Notes under the pieces: model-generated
The model's input: only the letters and a program-made list of their open reading frames with translations
Databases searched by the model: none
What the model was told of the DNA's origin: nothing
Shown here: positions 36,776 through 49,005 of the stretch, one piece after another
Layout of the letters: the number at the start of each line of letters is the position of its first letter
Position numbering within the stretch: position 1 is the first letter of the stretch
Made by a program: the position numbers and the translations under genes
Origin: Massalongia carnosa
Lineage: Eukaryota
Assembly (NCBI GenBank): GCA_965645245.1
Contig: OZ287073.1
Location: forward strand, 2,232,001-2,296,000
DNA: 64,000 nucleotides
Direction of reading: 5' to 3'

Positions 36776-38606
36776 ATGTCTAAATTTCACACAACGAGTA
36801 TTCCAGACATAGAACCCACCACACACATCATAGGTCTACTAGGGGCAAATGACTACTATCACAAAGATGTGGATAAGTTCTCTTGCGATCCTTGCATTGA
36901 TGGGTGGATGGTCTCTGATTTTTCTATGCTCAATTACTTATTTCACGATCTTGGAAAAACCCAGCGGTGGTTTACATGTCTAAATATTGCACACATCACA
37001 AAGCGATATGGAGAGTATGCTCATGGAAACTGTTACCGATCCCGCCGTGTCGTCTTGGACGCCCACCAACAACCAGACCCTGCCACTCTACGTATCGAGA
37101 CACCGGCTGATCTTCTACCAAAGTTCCTGGAGTATTTTCGATCGGAATGTGTTAGCGCACTGGCTCAGGGAGAGCCGATCTTGTTGTGTGTGTTTGCTCA
37201 TGGAGAAGAGATGGAATTTGGTGTGGAAATCGGCGGAATTGATGAAAATGGTCCCTTGCTCACAGTAAAGGCAGTTTCAGAGATATTATCGGAGTTGGAT
37301 GGGGTTCAGGTAACCATGCTTATGACCAGCTGCTACTCGGGTGGGTGGGCCATAACTCCCGACTTGCGCGATGAAACCGGTCGAAGTCGCATAACGGTTA
37401 TGACCGCAGCGGGCAGTGACCAGGTATCGGAGTCGTGGCCAAAAACGAACACACTAGGCCGCACCGATGGTTCTATGTATCTATCCGCGGTCATCAACGT
37501 CTTAAGTACACGTGCGGCCCAGACTAGAGAGGAGCTTCTCGAGCAGCCCATGAATACGAAAGAATTCTCCGAGGCCATCACTTCAGAATTGCTAGATATT
37601 ATCGATCCCCGTTTCGGTCATACACATGGTCATGCATTCAATGTTCATAATGATCGTTGGGAGGACCTTTATACCTGCCGTACAGGTATTCCCCTTAGTC
37701 ATTACGCAGCCCGCCTCAAACTACTTCGTGAGATTCCTCCAAGAAATGTAATTGATATACGGCTCGACAGAAGTTGCACAACGGAAGAGGTGAATGCCTG
37801 GGAAGCGGCACACCCTGGAGCAGCACATGTCGTTATGGCAGCATCAAACTATGGTGGAAGCTTACGAGCAGTGCGCAAAGCAATATCAAATCAAGCCAAG
37901 GCCTATATGAAAGGTTTTCCGGGGCGTGATAGTCTAGCACCAAATCATAGACCACATATGTTGATCAATCAATGCATCCATACCCCCCATCTGCTAAAGG
38001 AAGGAACCTGGGAAACGATTTGGGAGATACTTCATTACCGCATCGGTTCTCTGAATTTAGCTGAAAAGTTTGTTCGACGATTAGGGATACTGGCTCCCAG
38101 GGCCTGTAGGTGGGATAAAGATGAATGGCTAGAAAAAAATAGGAAGTCGGATGTTGGCGAAACGGCTTCAATCTTTCATAGAGCTGTCCTTGATGCAGGC
38201 CTAATCCCAGCCGCACCCAACTCACATAATAGGTACGACAAAGCCCTTTGGTACATAGCGGCCATGTGTGCCGAAAGTGGCTTGCCCAAGGCCGAGGTCC
38301 AGACGAGACTGTTCAATGCAAGTAAAAGTAAGTCTTTCGTCGTCCATTCATACTGTTATCATGCTGAGCTATGATATAGTTGTTGACGTTACCGTAATGG
38401 ACTGTGTGGATGGCCTTAGCACAACGAGAAGTTTTTTAAACAAGACAGGAGTATGGTACACAAGTGTAAAAAATCGATTGCGTTCGCTCTCTCCCGCCAA
38501 GCTCACAGGTCCTTCCTCACCGTCCGCTTCACATAGGCCCCGAAAATCGCTTGATCTCAATAGGTTCCCGCTCTCTCCCACTCAACGTGGGAGAATTAAA
38601 CATTGA
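36776..38606 (+). CDS. Putative caspase-fold (clan CD-like) protease-domain protein
   Basis: 532-aa ORF plus an intron at 38328-38379. Hydrophobic strand-AHG and strand-SCYSGG motifs, then TAA...SESW, resemble the His/Cys dyad of C13/C14/CHAT proteases. Confidence 0.6.
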
Positions 38607-39575
38607 TTCATAGCACGATCGTTAATATCCATGCACAAGTCGCTAAGCAGTCACGAGTGCTATTTACTCACTTAAACGCGAATCATTGGTCAACTTCATA
38701 TCACTATGAAAGAAATCCGAAATAGTGAAACCGGCGTTAATAGAGTTGATCTCACAGTAAATGAATCCCGTACGGATGCAAGTGCAGATGCCAGTACGGC
38801 TGGAGGCGGTGTCGTTTCTTCTTCATGTATTGATTAATTGGTATATGTTCAATATCAGAACAGTCGTTGACTCTATTGAAGTAGGCAACGAAAGTCAATC
38901 GAATGTCAACGACAACGAGCGATAGTACCGCGCTTAAGAAAGAATAAGTTGAGAGGATTACGCAAGCCTTAGAGAGACTCATTTATTTGATTAGGTTTAT
39001 GAACAGCCATCTTAACGCTTTAGTGCGACTCAAGTATATATTTATATGTAAGCTATCATTTGGACATCCATGATATTCCTTCAAACCTATTGAAAATGTC
39101 ATATCAGCCGAAATTCCGCATAAGGCATTCGGGGCGCTCAAGCTCCCATTGCAAGACCTATCTTAGTTTACCCAAATATGACGATAGAAACTGCCGAATG
39201 GAGAGTTTATGTGCAGAACTGTACATGGCCTATGTGTTGAAATAGGTATATGACTATGGCTATATGGCTATGTAATAATAAAGGTATGTATGACCGTGAT
39301 GTTAAGGATGAAGAGTTGCTATGCAGCAATCTTTTCCTATTACTGGTCACCCTTCTAAGCGAGGTGATCTTATCTTATCTTGGGACTAAGCCTAATGCGG
39401 CATCTACCGGTTTCCGTAGATCATCTGTCAATCTAGGGCAGCCGTAGGTGCTATGTTCATTGAACTGATAGGTGTTCATTGTGCTGGTAGGAATTGGATA
39501 TTCAACACCCCCCCTCAAGTCCTACCAGTACTTGTTTCCATCGTAGATTCAACCGTGATTGAACTTCTTAACCTC

Positions 39576-42500
39576 TCATATCTGTTTGTCCATGTTGAGC
39601 TGTCTGATAAAGGAGAAGAACTTGACGTGCGTAAGGGGTTTTGTCAGTCCATCTGCAAACATGTCTTCGGTCGGAACATAGGTGAGGTCGATTCTTCCTT
39701 CTAGCACCTCGTTTCGTATGAAGTGGTGCTGAATGTCGATATGCTTGGTCCTGGAGTGTAATACGGGATTATTGGCCAGTGCTATGGCGCTTTGGTTGTC
39801 GCCTTTCAATGCAATTGTGCCTTCTCCTCTTAACATGTTTATTGTCGGGGATCCGTCATCAGAAGTCATCAATCCGAGTTCAGTCATCAGTAAACGTAGC
39901 CATGTAGCCTCCTTTGCTGCTAAGGCGAGTGCCATATACTCTGCTTCGGTTGATGACAATGCGACGGTCGTTTGTCTTTTGGAACACCAGCTTATTGGTC
40001 CATTGTTCAGCATGAACACATAACCCGAGGTGGATTTTCGCTGCTCTTTGTCTCCGGCCCAGTCAGAGTCAGAATATCCTTGTATACATAAATCTCCCCC
40101 ACCGAAGGTGATGCCTCTATTCTTGGTACCGCTAAGGTATCTGAGAATGTGTTTGGCCGCTTCCATATGTGTTTTCCCTGGATTCTTTGCATGGCGACTG
40201 ACTACGGACGTTGCGAAAGCTATGTCTGGCCTGGTTTCTATCATTGCGAACATGATGGATCCAACCATGGTTTGATATTGCTTTATGTCCTTGTCGGAGG
40301 CCTGAGATTCATTGATGAAGAGACAGCCTTCTCGCATGGGAGTGTTTGTTGTCTTTGCGGTTTGCATATGGAATCTTTCCAATACCTTCTCGATATAGGC
40401 TGGTTGAGATAGCTTTATGGTTTTGTTGACTCGATCTCGTTCGACTTTGAGGCCTAAATAGTAGCTGATTGGTCCCATGTCTACCATCTTGAAAGCTAGC
40501 TTGAGCTGTTTCTTGACTTCGGTGATCATCGGGGAACCCTTTGGGCCTATGATGTTCAAATCGTCAACGAAAGAGGTAACAATGGGCCCTTTTATCCCTT
40601 GAGATGTGACGAAGATGCTATGATCTGCGTGGAGTTTCTCCAGTCCTAATTTGCTCAATAGAAAAGCTGATAGTCGTTCATACCAGAGACGCGGAGACTG
40701 TTTCAAACCGTACAGGGCTTTATTCAGCCTGCACACCATGCCAGCTGTGTCATATCCTTTCGGCATGTGGACACAGATGAGTTGATCGATGAGACCGTTC
40801 AGAAAAGCTGTCACTATATCCAGTTGCTCGATGTCCAGATCATGATGGGCAGCTAGCGCGAATAGCAAGCGAAAAGCCATTGGTTTGACCACAGATGCAA
40901 AGGTTTGATCGAAATCTACTCCGTATTGTTGTAGATATCCTTTGACAACCCATCTGGCTTTAAAGCGAACGATCTTTCCATTTACGTCCCGTTTCAGCTT
41001 GAATACCCATTTGCCACTCAAGACTATATGTCCGGGTTCCATGGACTCGGTGGATAATGTATCCCAGGTGTTGTTCTCCAGCAGACTTTTGATCTCCTCA
41101 TCCATTGCCAGACTCCATTCGTTTGCGTATTTGGAGTTCATTGCTTGATGATATGTTTGTGGCTCAGCTGTGTCTGACTGAATGAACGCATCGTAGTCGT
41201 TCAGGTATGCTGCTCCCTCTATTTCCACTTCTTTGGCCAGAAGTATGAGTGGGTCTTCTTCGTCTCTATCTGCCAGTGTGGGGATGTGTTCTGGTTCACT
41301 TAATGCCTTATTTGACAGGAGACTCAGCACTTGTGCGACATGGGCGTGTTTTCTGGGTCTACCTCGTCCACGTTTGGGGATTTCACTTATCTTGGAATTC
41401 AACTCTGGTTGGTCTTTTGAAGGAGTGGGACTGATTTCGAGTGTGGTATCTTTCTCGTTTTGAATCATTATGGAATCGTACGTGGGTAGATCGGTCCCAT
41501 CTTTGAATGTGGCGTCTTCATGAATCCGTAAGTCCTTGACCCTGATGACCTTGTAGTCTTTTTCCATAAAGACGCGATAGATGGTGCTTCCGTCATATCC
41601 ACACAGGATTCCTTTCTGAGCCCTCGGAGAAAATTTAGCAGCCTTGCTGTTTAGTCCTTTTCGCTCTTCTTCGTGAATCAACGCATAGACTGTGGATCCG
41701 AGAATTCTCAGGTGATCCAGCTTAGGTGACTTCTTCTCGAAGATCTCATACGGGGTTTTACCTGCCAAGGCGTTGGTTGGTCTGACGTTCTTGGTGTGAA
41801 CCATGGCTAGAACTACTTCTGCCAACAAGTAATCGGGAATGTCTCCGGCAATGACACTGCATCTTGTCATGTCCATGATGGTTCTGCCCATTCGTTCCGC
41901 GACTCCGTTTTCTTCTTGAGAGTATGGAGCAGCTGGTTCAAACGTTATGCCTTGTTCCAGGAACCAAACGTCTGACTTGTGACTGCGAAGCTCCGTACTG
42001 AAGTCAGTGCGAAAACTACTTATGGGTTTAGCCTTTCCAGATTTGTTTTGGGCCATGCTGTAGTACGTCAAAAAGTGATCAAACCATTCACTCTTCTTGT
42101 GTCCGGTATAGACATGAGTGTATCTGCTAGCATCACAGGTGAAAGTGAAGAAGTAAAGTTCTTCAAGAAGTCCTGCTGGCTTGATTGGTCCCACTAGGTC
42201 AGAGTTTATCTTTTGAAAGAGCTCTGTGGCCCTCTCTCGCTGTGTTCGGTTGTATATCTTTTTGGCTTTTCCCATTTCGCATGCATGGCAAAACCAACCT
42301 TGGTTGATATCGTCATCGTACGTTATGTCTAGCGTTTTCAAATATTTTCGACACGTCGGAATGTTGAGATGACCAAGCCTTGCATGCCATGTAGTGAGGT
42401 TTGATTTAACAGATATTTGACAGATAGTGACGTCCAGTCCTTGATAGGTGTCCTCGTCCACTTTGCTCAAATGCATCCTCATATCTGGGGTGTCAACGGT

Positions 42501-42908
42501 CTGTAGCATGAAGTTGTTGTCAACTCTCGGTACGTGCCCTGACTTTTGCAGTGGATCCCATGAACAGTCTCCAGTTTGAATTGTCATAGAAGATATCGTG
42601 TTGATTCAGCATTCCCAAACTCACAAGGTTCACCGGACATTGAGGAATGTAGAGAACATTGTTAAGAATCAGTATCGACGAGGGTAAGCCGTCCTCCATG
42701 ATCAATGTCTTATGAATGGTTCCTCTTCCTGGCGACGTTCCTGTGGACGTTGACCCTGCTAGATCAGTGGAGTAGCTCGTATAGTCAGTGAACGAGTATC
42801 TGTGGTTGCATACGTGCATATCTGCAGCGCTGCCAATAACCACGAGTTCTTGTTCAGATTCGTCATGGTCATGACTTTTTGCAGTCTTGTGGCCATGACC
42901 TGTGTGAG
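39576..42908 (-). pseudogene. copia 3 pol (protease region frameshifted; INT-RT-RH intact)
   Basis: WHARLGH, SDLVGP, FRTD, NGVAE, FVDD, YSDSDW and ADGLTK motifs. Frameshifts near 42835 and 42550. Confidence 0.9.
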
Positions 42909-43826
42909 TCAACTACTCACCGTTGGAATGTTGGGTGATGTATGAGGTAAGTCCGCCTTCGTTTCTGACGAGGTAGTCTTTTGTTTCTTTGCTCTTCCGG
43001 ATTCGAGCGAACTTCTATGTCTTTTTAGCTGTGGAAACTTCTGCCAACAGTTATCTGGCCAATGACGAGTGTTCTTTCTCTCGACACATTCAGAGAAGGC
43101 GCAGGTCCCAAATGGGGCTCGACCTCTCGAGTCAGGTGTGCTGATATGAAGTGCCTTGGTGTTTTTCATGTTGACAGAATAAGCAACAATGGTCTTCATT
43201 GCTTCCGACAGGTTTGTGGTTTCGTGTGTCCAATCTCGCCGAAGTTGGGCTATCAATGGGGAATAGACGTCTGTGGTGTTACCCAGCATCATTCCCTGAA
43301 GCATGAACTCCACGGTATGCACATCCACTTTGGCCTTGTCGTCCAGCATTCCTTTAATTTTGTTTAAAGCGCTCTCGTACTCTGCACAGTATAGGCTGGT
43401 GGTCTCGAAGTCAGTCATCTTCTTAGAACTAACCTTCAGAATGATGTCGCTGATGCTCATTGGTGCTATATCTTGGAATCTATCCTTCAGGATTTTCCAT
43501 ATTTCTGCCGCATTCTTGTTGTCGATGAGGCTGTAATGGCACTCCGCAACTAATCCGTGAATGATTCCTATAGCCTTGGTCATCTCGGCCTTCTGTCTAT
43601 TCTTCTCGTCACGCAGCTCTTTTACCAAGATGCTGACAGAAAGACCTTTGGCGTCGAAGCATGCTTGTATTAAACCTTCCTTGATGGTTTCAGCGGTGAT
43701 TTCTGATTGATTCTCTAGAATGGCTCCTTCGCAGTTATTCTTGAGCAGAATGCCCTTCGTATAGCTTGCCCATGCCGAATATCTTTCGGCCTTCTCCAAA
43801 AGATGTGACGTATCTATGATAGACAT
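42909..43826 (-). CDS. copia 3 gag
   Basis: ORF from ATG 43826 with YSAW..Y, A.EIW..LK.RF and a CxxxxC...HxxxxC knuckle, ending in TGA. Confidence 0.8.
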   Translation of the reverse strand: MSIIDTSHLLEKAERYSAWASYTKGILLKNNCEGAILENQSEITAETIKEGLIQACFDAKGLSVSILVKELRDEKNRQKAEMTKAIGIIHGLVAECHYSLIDNKNAAEIWKILKDRFQDIAPMSISDIILKVSSKKMTDFETTSLYCAEYESALNKIKGMLDDKAKVDVHTVEFMLQGMMLGNTTDVYSPLIAQLRRDWTHETTNLSEAMKTIVAYSVNMKNTKALHISTPDSRGRAPFGTCAFSECVERKNTRHWPDNCWQKFPQLKRHRSSLESGRAKKQKTTSSETKADLPHTSPNIPTVSS

Positions 43827-44319
43827 AATGGAGAATGGGAGCAATTGAACAAGGCGAGAAACTTGTATAAGTAGTGACTGAAAGAATGTGGATCTGTGAC
43901 CTTTCTTATAGACAAGGAAAAGACTGTCCCTCCTTAGCCAGTGTCCACTCTGATGTCTCAACAGAGAAACCTGTTTGCTTAACATGCTTGTTTGCCATGA
44001 TGAGAATTTCAACTTAGGCTTTTTCAAGGGTCCAATTGACCAAAATGAAATTGAGCGCAGGGTTCTTCCAATTTGATTTAACCGGCCTTGGGCCGATTAA
44101 ATAATAAGAGGCAACTGCCGCACAATCTCACCTAGTGCCTTAATGAGGCATAATTGCCAAAAAGAAAGGTCTTTGTGCCTTCGATCAATGAGTTTACTAA
44201 GCTCTTTGATGTCCGATGGATTTTGTATTTTTGCGTGTCCAGAATTCAATCGCGGTTGAAACTGACGCTTTGATGATATTTGTACCAATGGGGCGCTCAG
44301 GCCCAGCAATATACTTTTT

Positions 44320-44665
44320 TGCCATCGACCATCGAGCTTAGCGAGCTCTTTTGGTGTCCGAGGACTTGGGTGCCTTCGACCATCGAGCTTAGCAAGCTCT
44401 TTGGTGTCCGAGGACTTGATTGCCTTCGACCATCGAGCTTAGCAAGCTCTTTGGTGTCCGAGGACTTGGTTGCCTTGGACCATCGAGCTTAGCAAGGTCT
44501 TTGGTGTCCGAGGACCTGATTGCCTTCGACCATCGAGCTTAGCAAGGTCTTTGGTGTCCGAGGACTTGATTGCCTTCGACCATCGAGCTTAGCAAGCTCT
44601 TTGGTGTCCGAGGACTTGGGTGCCTTCGACCATCGAGCTTAGCAAGCTCTTTGGTGTCCGAGGGC
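44320..44665. repeat. Seven-copy 50-bp tandem array in the copia 3 leader
   Basis: Unit TGCCTTCGACCATCGAGCTTAGCAAGCTCTTTGGTGTCCGAGGACTTGAT containing the GAGCTT-agc-AAGCTC palindrome. Confidence 0.95.
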
Positions 44666-45315
44666 TTCGGTGTAGTACGATCAATGTGTTCATGCTCTTT
44701 CTAACACGCAATTTTTGTGCTTCTGACAAGAAATCGCTGTGTACAGAAGAGAGAACTGATTGATGTGATTTGAGGGATCGTTTCTAAAGACACAGAAAGA
44801 TTTTAGTCATGTGTCTACGATTCATTGAATAGGAACGATGCTTAGCTGATTGCACTGCGATGCTGCGGATTAAAAGCTTCGATTCGTTTTAAATCGATAG
44901 CACCCTTCCGGGCTCATAACCTGTTGAAATAGATATATGACTATGGCTATATGGCTATGTAATAATAAAGGTATGTATGACCGTGATGTTAAGGATGAAG
45001 AGTTGCTATGCAGCAATCTTTTCCTATTACTGGTCACCCTTCTAAGCGAGGTGATCTTATCTTATCTTGGGACTAAGCCTAATGCGGCATCTACGGTTTC
45101 CGTAGATCATCTGTCAATCTAGGGCAGCCGTAGGTGCTATGTTCATTGAATTGATAGGTGTTCATTGTGCTGGTAGGAATTGGATATTCAACACTTAATC
45201 TATCAATTATTGAAATTATCTATCTCGGGGACGCTGTCGCTTAAACGAAGTGAAAACACGACTCGATCGTCGCATTGCGGGCGGCAATGAGAGGTCGGAA
45301 AGTTGTTCGGGCACC

Positions 45316-45722
45316 TGTCAGGACCTGCCATAGTGACTACGGAGAAGGATACGGAAAAGGGGCATCAGCATGGACTCGGCCGCCGAACCCGGCCCGACCC
45401 TAATGGGCTGATTCCGCTGTCGGCCACATGACGTCTCAGGGGGACGGCTGGCGAGGGGGACGGCTGGAAACCCATGTCGGATGGCACTAACTGCCCAAAG
45501 GGGCCGGGAGCTATTTGGACCAATCAGATAGCTGGGGGCTATCCGATAAGGGAGTCTTAGGGGGAGACACGTCTGTAGGATAAAGAGGTCGATGCCCACC
45601 TTATTCTAAGGGCATAGATCAATAATATACATTATTGAGACACCCTATTCACGTGACCAACACGCCCTCTGAGTAGAAGCATACGTCTTACAGCACCTAA
45701 GTAAGTGAGTATAATACTGACA
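45316..45722. repeat. Possible solo LTR
   Basis: TGTCAG...CTGACA ends and patchy similarity to 46288-46586, but no clean TSD. Confidence 0.4.
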
Positions 45723-45879
45723 CACAAAATCAAAAGTTGTAGTCATGATCATAATTAGTTGACAAAAGAATGCTTCGATTTAATCATTTAGGTGCGAAAT
45801 GCGGGAATAATAAAGCGATTCTATTGGTCAAACCCCTTTGTAGAACGCTTACCCAAAAAGGAAACGACAGACTTCTGGG

Positions 45880-46118
45880 TCACACGAGTAGAGACAAGTC
45901 ATAGGGACACTATAAACGAATATAATAAAGATGAAGAAGAGAAAAGACAATCGATAACCAAAACCTGCCCTTATATATCCTCTACTGCACTAGTACCCAT
46001 GTGGCATAGTCGTTATAGAACCTTCTAGTAGCTGCAGGAACGAGATCGAAAGTGCCTACGTACTCCATCTACGATTGCCCTAGGCGGTGTCGAAGTCGTG
46101 CCGTGTAGAATCGTGATA
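45880..46118 (-). repeat. Diverged solo LTR related to the TRIM LTRs
   Basis: Collinear similarity to 46875-47125 (GTCATAGGGACACTA...GTGCCGTGTAGAATCGTGA). Confidence 0.8.
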
Positions 46119-46287
46119 TAACAAATATTTTTTGAAATAAACATCGAATTAATTTGTTAAACGAAACCAACGAAATCTTAAACGACTGAAATTCGTGAAA
46201 AAAAAACGATTTAAAATAATAAACCTAATGCACACGAACGAAGAATTCTTATCGATAAAGAATTTAATCAACAATAAAATCTGAAAC

Positions 46288-46586
46288 TGTCAGGACAGCT
46301 TCCTACAAGACATGAAGTGTTCGCACACTTCTGCATAGGGTGCGCGGGAAGACACCTATGTGATAGTCTCAACCGGTCCAATCATGTAATAGTAATTAGT
46401 TTGACGAACGTGGCCTGATCGAGGTGGGGCTATAGGATAAAGAGCCCTTCGCCTACCTCTTTCAGAGGGCCACTGATCAAACTATTGATTACACTCCACC
46501 TACGGCTATTCCATAGCGACTCCTATTCTATTGTCCTACCACTACTGTAGAGCCATATAGTCACGCTGTTCGTACTTCGCCTAACA
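46288..46586. repeat. 299-bp solo LTR
   Basis: TG...CA ends with 5-bp TSD GAAAC at 46283-46287 and 46587-46591. Confidence 0.75.
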
Positions 46587-46734
46587 GAAACTCAAGAATT
46601 TTTGAAAGCATTTAAAGACTCGTTATATTGAGAAAATTGAAATGTTGAATTAAATTTCTTCAATCTATTAAATGAATCAATTATAAAAATTGCAAGATCA
46701 TAGAAAAATACGATGATTTGATCCGAAATATATA

Positions 46735-48372
46735 TACGCCGCGCAACGGGTCGCGCTGGGTCGGGTTTTGACTAGTCGAACCCAACCCGCTACCGGGTTA
46801 GGGAATCTGTAGGGCTTGACTACTGGGTTGGGGAGCCGTTCTCGGGTTAACTCGTTTGACCCGTTCGACCCGGTTGTTATGATCTACCTAGAGACTAGTC
46901 ATAGGGACACTAGAAACGAATACAATAAAGATGAAGAAGGAAAAAGACTATCGACAACCAGAACCTGCTCCTATATATGCTCTACTGCGCTAGTACCCAT
47001 ATGGTATAGTCGTCACGGAATCTTCTAGTAGCTGCGGGAACGAAATCGAAAGTGCCTGCATGTTCCATCTAATATTACCCTAGGCGGTGCCGAGTGCCGA
47101 GGTCGTGCCGTGTAGAATCGTGACACTACCCTTCGCTTTAAATCGCGATCACCTGAGCGCGAACTAGGCGGTGCAGGCGGTGCAAGCGGTGCAGGCGGTG
47201 CAGGCGGTGCAGGCAGTACTTTGGTGACGGGTGGTCTAGAGGACTGATAATCGGTGACCTGGTCTCTGGTATCTAGTGTCAGGTGTCTGGTGTCTTGTTT
47301 CTAGTATCTGGTATCTGGTATCTGGTATCTGGGTGTCTGGTGTCTGGTGGTTCTAGTGGTTCTGGTGGTTCTGGTGGTTCTGGTAGTTCTGGTGGTTCTG
47401 GTGGTTCTGGTTCTGATTGACTGGCCTAGTGAAAGGGTCGCTCGTTGTCATTCCGATGTGGGTTTCTTTTACATCCGCCACCGAGGATGGTTCTTCTGGG
47501 TTCGGGTGCCACGCTGTAGGGGTGGCGGCCTTCTGGTTCTAGTGGTTCTGGGTCTGGGTGCCACGCTGTAGGGGTGGCGGCCTTCTGGTTCTGGTTCTGG
47601 GTGACTAGCCTAGTGAAAGGGTCGCTCGTTGTCGTTCCGACGTGGGTTTCTTTTACATCCGCCACCGAGGATGGTTCTTCTGGGTTCGGGTTCTGGGTCT
47701 GGGTGCCACGCTGTAGGGGTGGCGGCCTTCTGGTTCTGGTTCTGGTTCTGTTTCGTACGACTTGCCTAGTGAAAGGGTCGTTCTTTCTTCAGTCCTCGAT
47801 TCGGTGAGTTCTTTTACATCCCTCACGTAGGATAATAGATGAAGACGATCTTTATTGTAATGTTATGATCTACCTAGAGACTAGTCATAGGAATACTAGA
47901 AACGAATACAATAAAGATGAAGAAGGAAAAAGACTATCGACAACCAGAACCTGCTCCTATATATGCTCTACTGCGCTAGTACCCATATGGTATAGTCGTC
48001 ATGGAATCTTCTAGTAGCTGCGGGAACGAAATAGAAAGTGCCTGCATGTTCCATCTAATATTACCCTAGGCGGTGCCGAGTGCCGAGGTCGTGCCGTGTA
48101 GAATCGTGACACCGGTAGATTTTATATGTCAATTTTAAACGTGTTTTTTAAACGTTTTAAACACATTTGAAAATTCTAAAATTCTGAATATTAGTCATCA
48201 AGAAATAATGATTAGTAACCAATTTTTATATCAATTTAAACGTCATATTTTCGTCGAATTTTCATATTTAATTTGCAGAGAAAACTAACCGGGTTGAAGG
48301 GTTTAACCCGGAAACCCGCATAAAAAACCCAAATCTAACCCGAAACCCCGACCCAACCCGTTGCGCGGCGTA
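46735..48372. mobile_element. hAT-type MITE interrupted by a TRIM
   Basis: TIR TACGCCGCGCAACGGG, 8-bp TSD AATATATA and AACCCG-type subterminal motifs. Confidence 0.85.
46875..48111 (-). mobile_element. Non-autonomous LTR element (TRIM-like), probable Tf1/sushi-type self-priming
   Basis: 251-bp TG...CA LTRs at 46875-47125 and 47861-48111, TSD CCGGT, a 735-bp repetitive interior, a PPT next to 47125, and a PBS complementary to its own LTR. Confidence 0.92.
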
Positions 48373-48526
48373 AATATATATATTAAAATTATCGAAATAT
48401 TTTTTGTCGAGCAAATTGTAACAGGGATTGTAATAAGTCACCTAAGCCACTGAGCCAAAAGGCTACTATAGTAGTTCTCCTATGGAGACACTACCGCTTA
48501 CTATACTATATATAGGTACGCCGCGC

Positions 48527-49005
48527 TACGCCGCGCAACGGGTCGGGTTGGGTCGGGTTTTGTCTAGTCGAGCCCGACCCGCTACCGGGTTGGGGAACCC
48601 TGTAGGGCTCAACCCGATAGGTTGGGGAACTATTCTCGGGTTAACCCGTTTGACCCGTTCGACCCGGTCGATTTTATATAAATTTTAAACGTTTTAAACA
48701 CATTTGAAGGTTCTGAAAATTAGTTATCAAGAAAAAGTAATTAGTAAGCAAAATTTATCACTTTAAACGTCATATTTTCGTCGAATTTTCATATTGAAAT
48801 TTGCAGAAAAAACTGACCGTGTTGAACGGTTTAACCCGGAAACCCACATAAAAAACCCGACCCGAAAACCCAACCTAAACCCGACTAGTCGGGTTTCTCT
48901 ACTGAAAACCCAACTTATTTGTGGCGAACCCTATGATTTTTGGTGTCCGGGTTGAGTTTTGAAAGAAAAACACGGTTGCGAAAACCCAACCCGTTGCGCG
49001 GCGTA
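48527..49005. mobile_element. hAT-type MITE, second copy
   Basis: Same TIRs and body as 46735-48372, uninterrupted. No matching TSD. Confidence 0.8.

Larger units (their letters stand above)
39235..45193 (-). mobile_element. Ty1/copia LTR retrotransposon 3
   Basis: TG...CA LTRs at 39235-39507 and 44922-45193 (three visible differences), PBS GGTTATGAGCCC at 44910-44921 and PPT next to 39507. The flanks CTATG and CTTAA do not match. Confidence 0.93.

Noticed and set aside
44320..44665. CRISPR-like array
   Set aside because: The units are contiguous with no unique spacers, there are no cas genes, and the context is a eukaryotic retroelement.
47280..47420. Poly-VLV membrane protein ORF (47347-47571)
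   Set aside because: This is a GGTTCTGGT-type microsatellite inside the TRIM.
48517..48536. MITE inserted into the TIR of another MITE
   Set aside because: No matching TSD or TIR continuation follows 49005, so a 10-bp local duplication is the simpler explanation.
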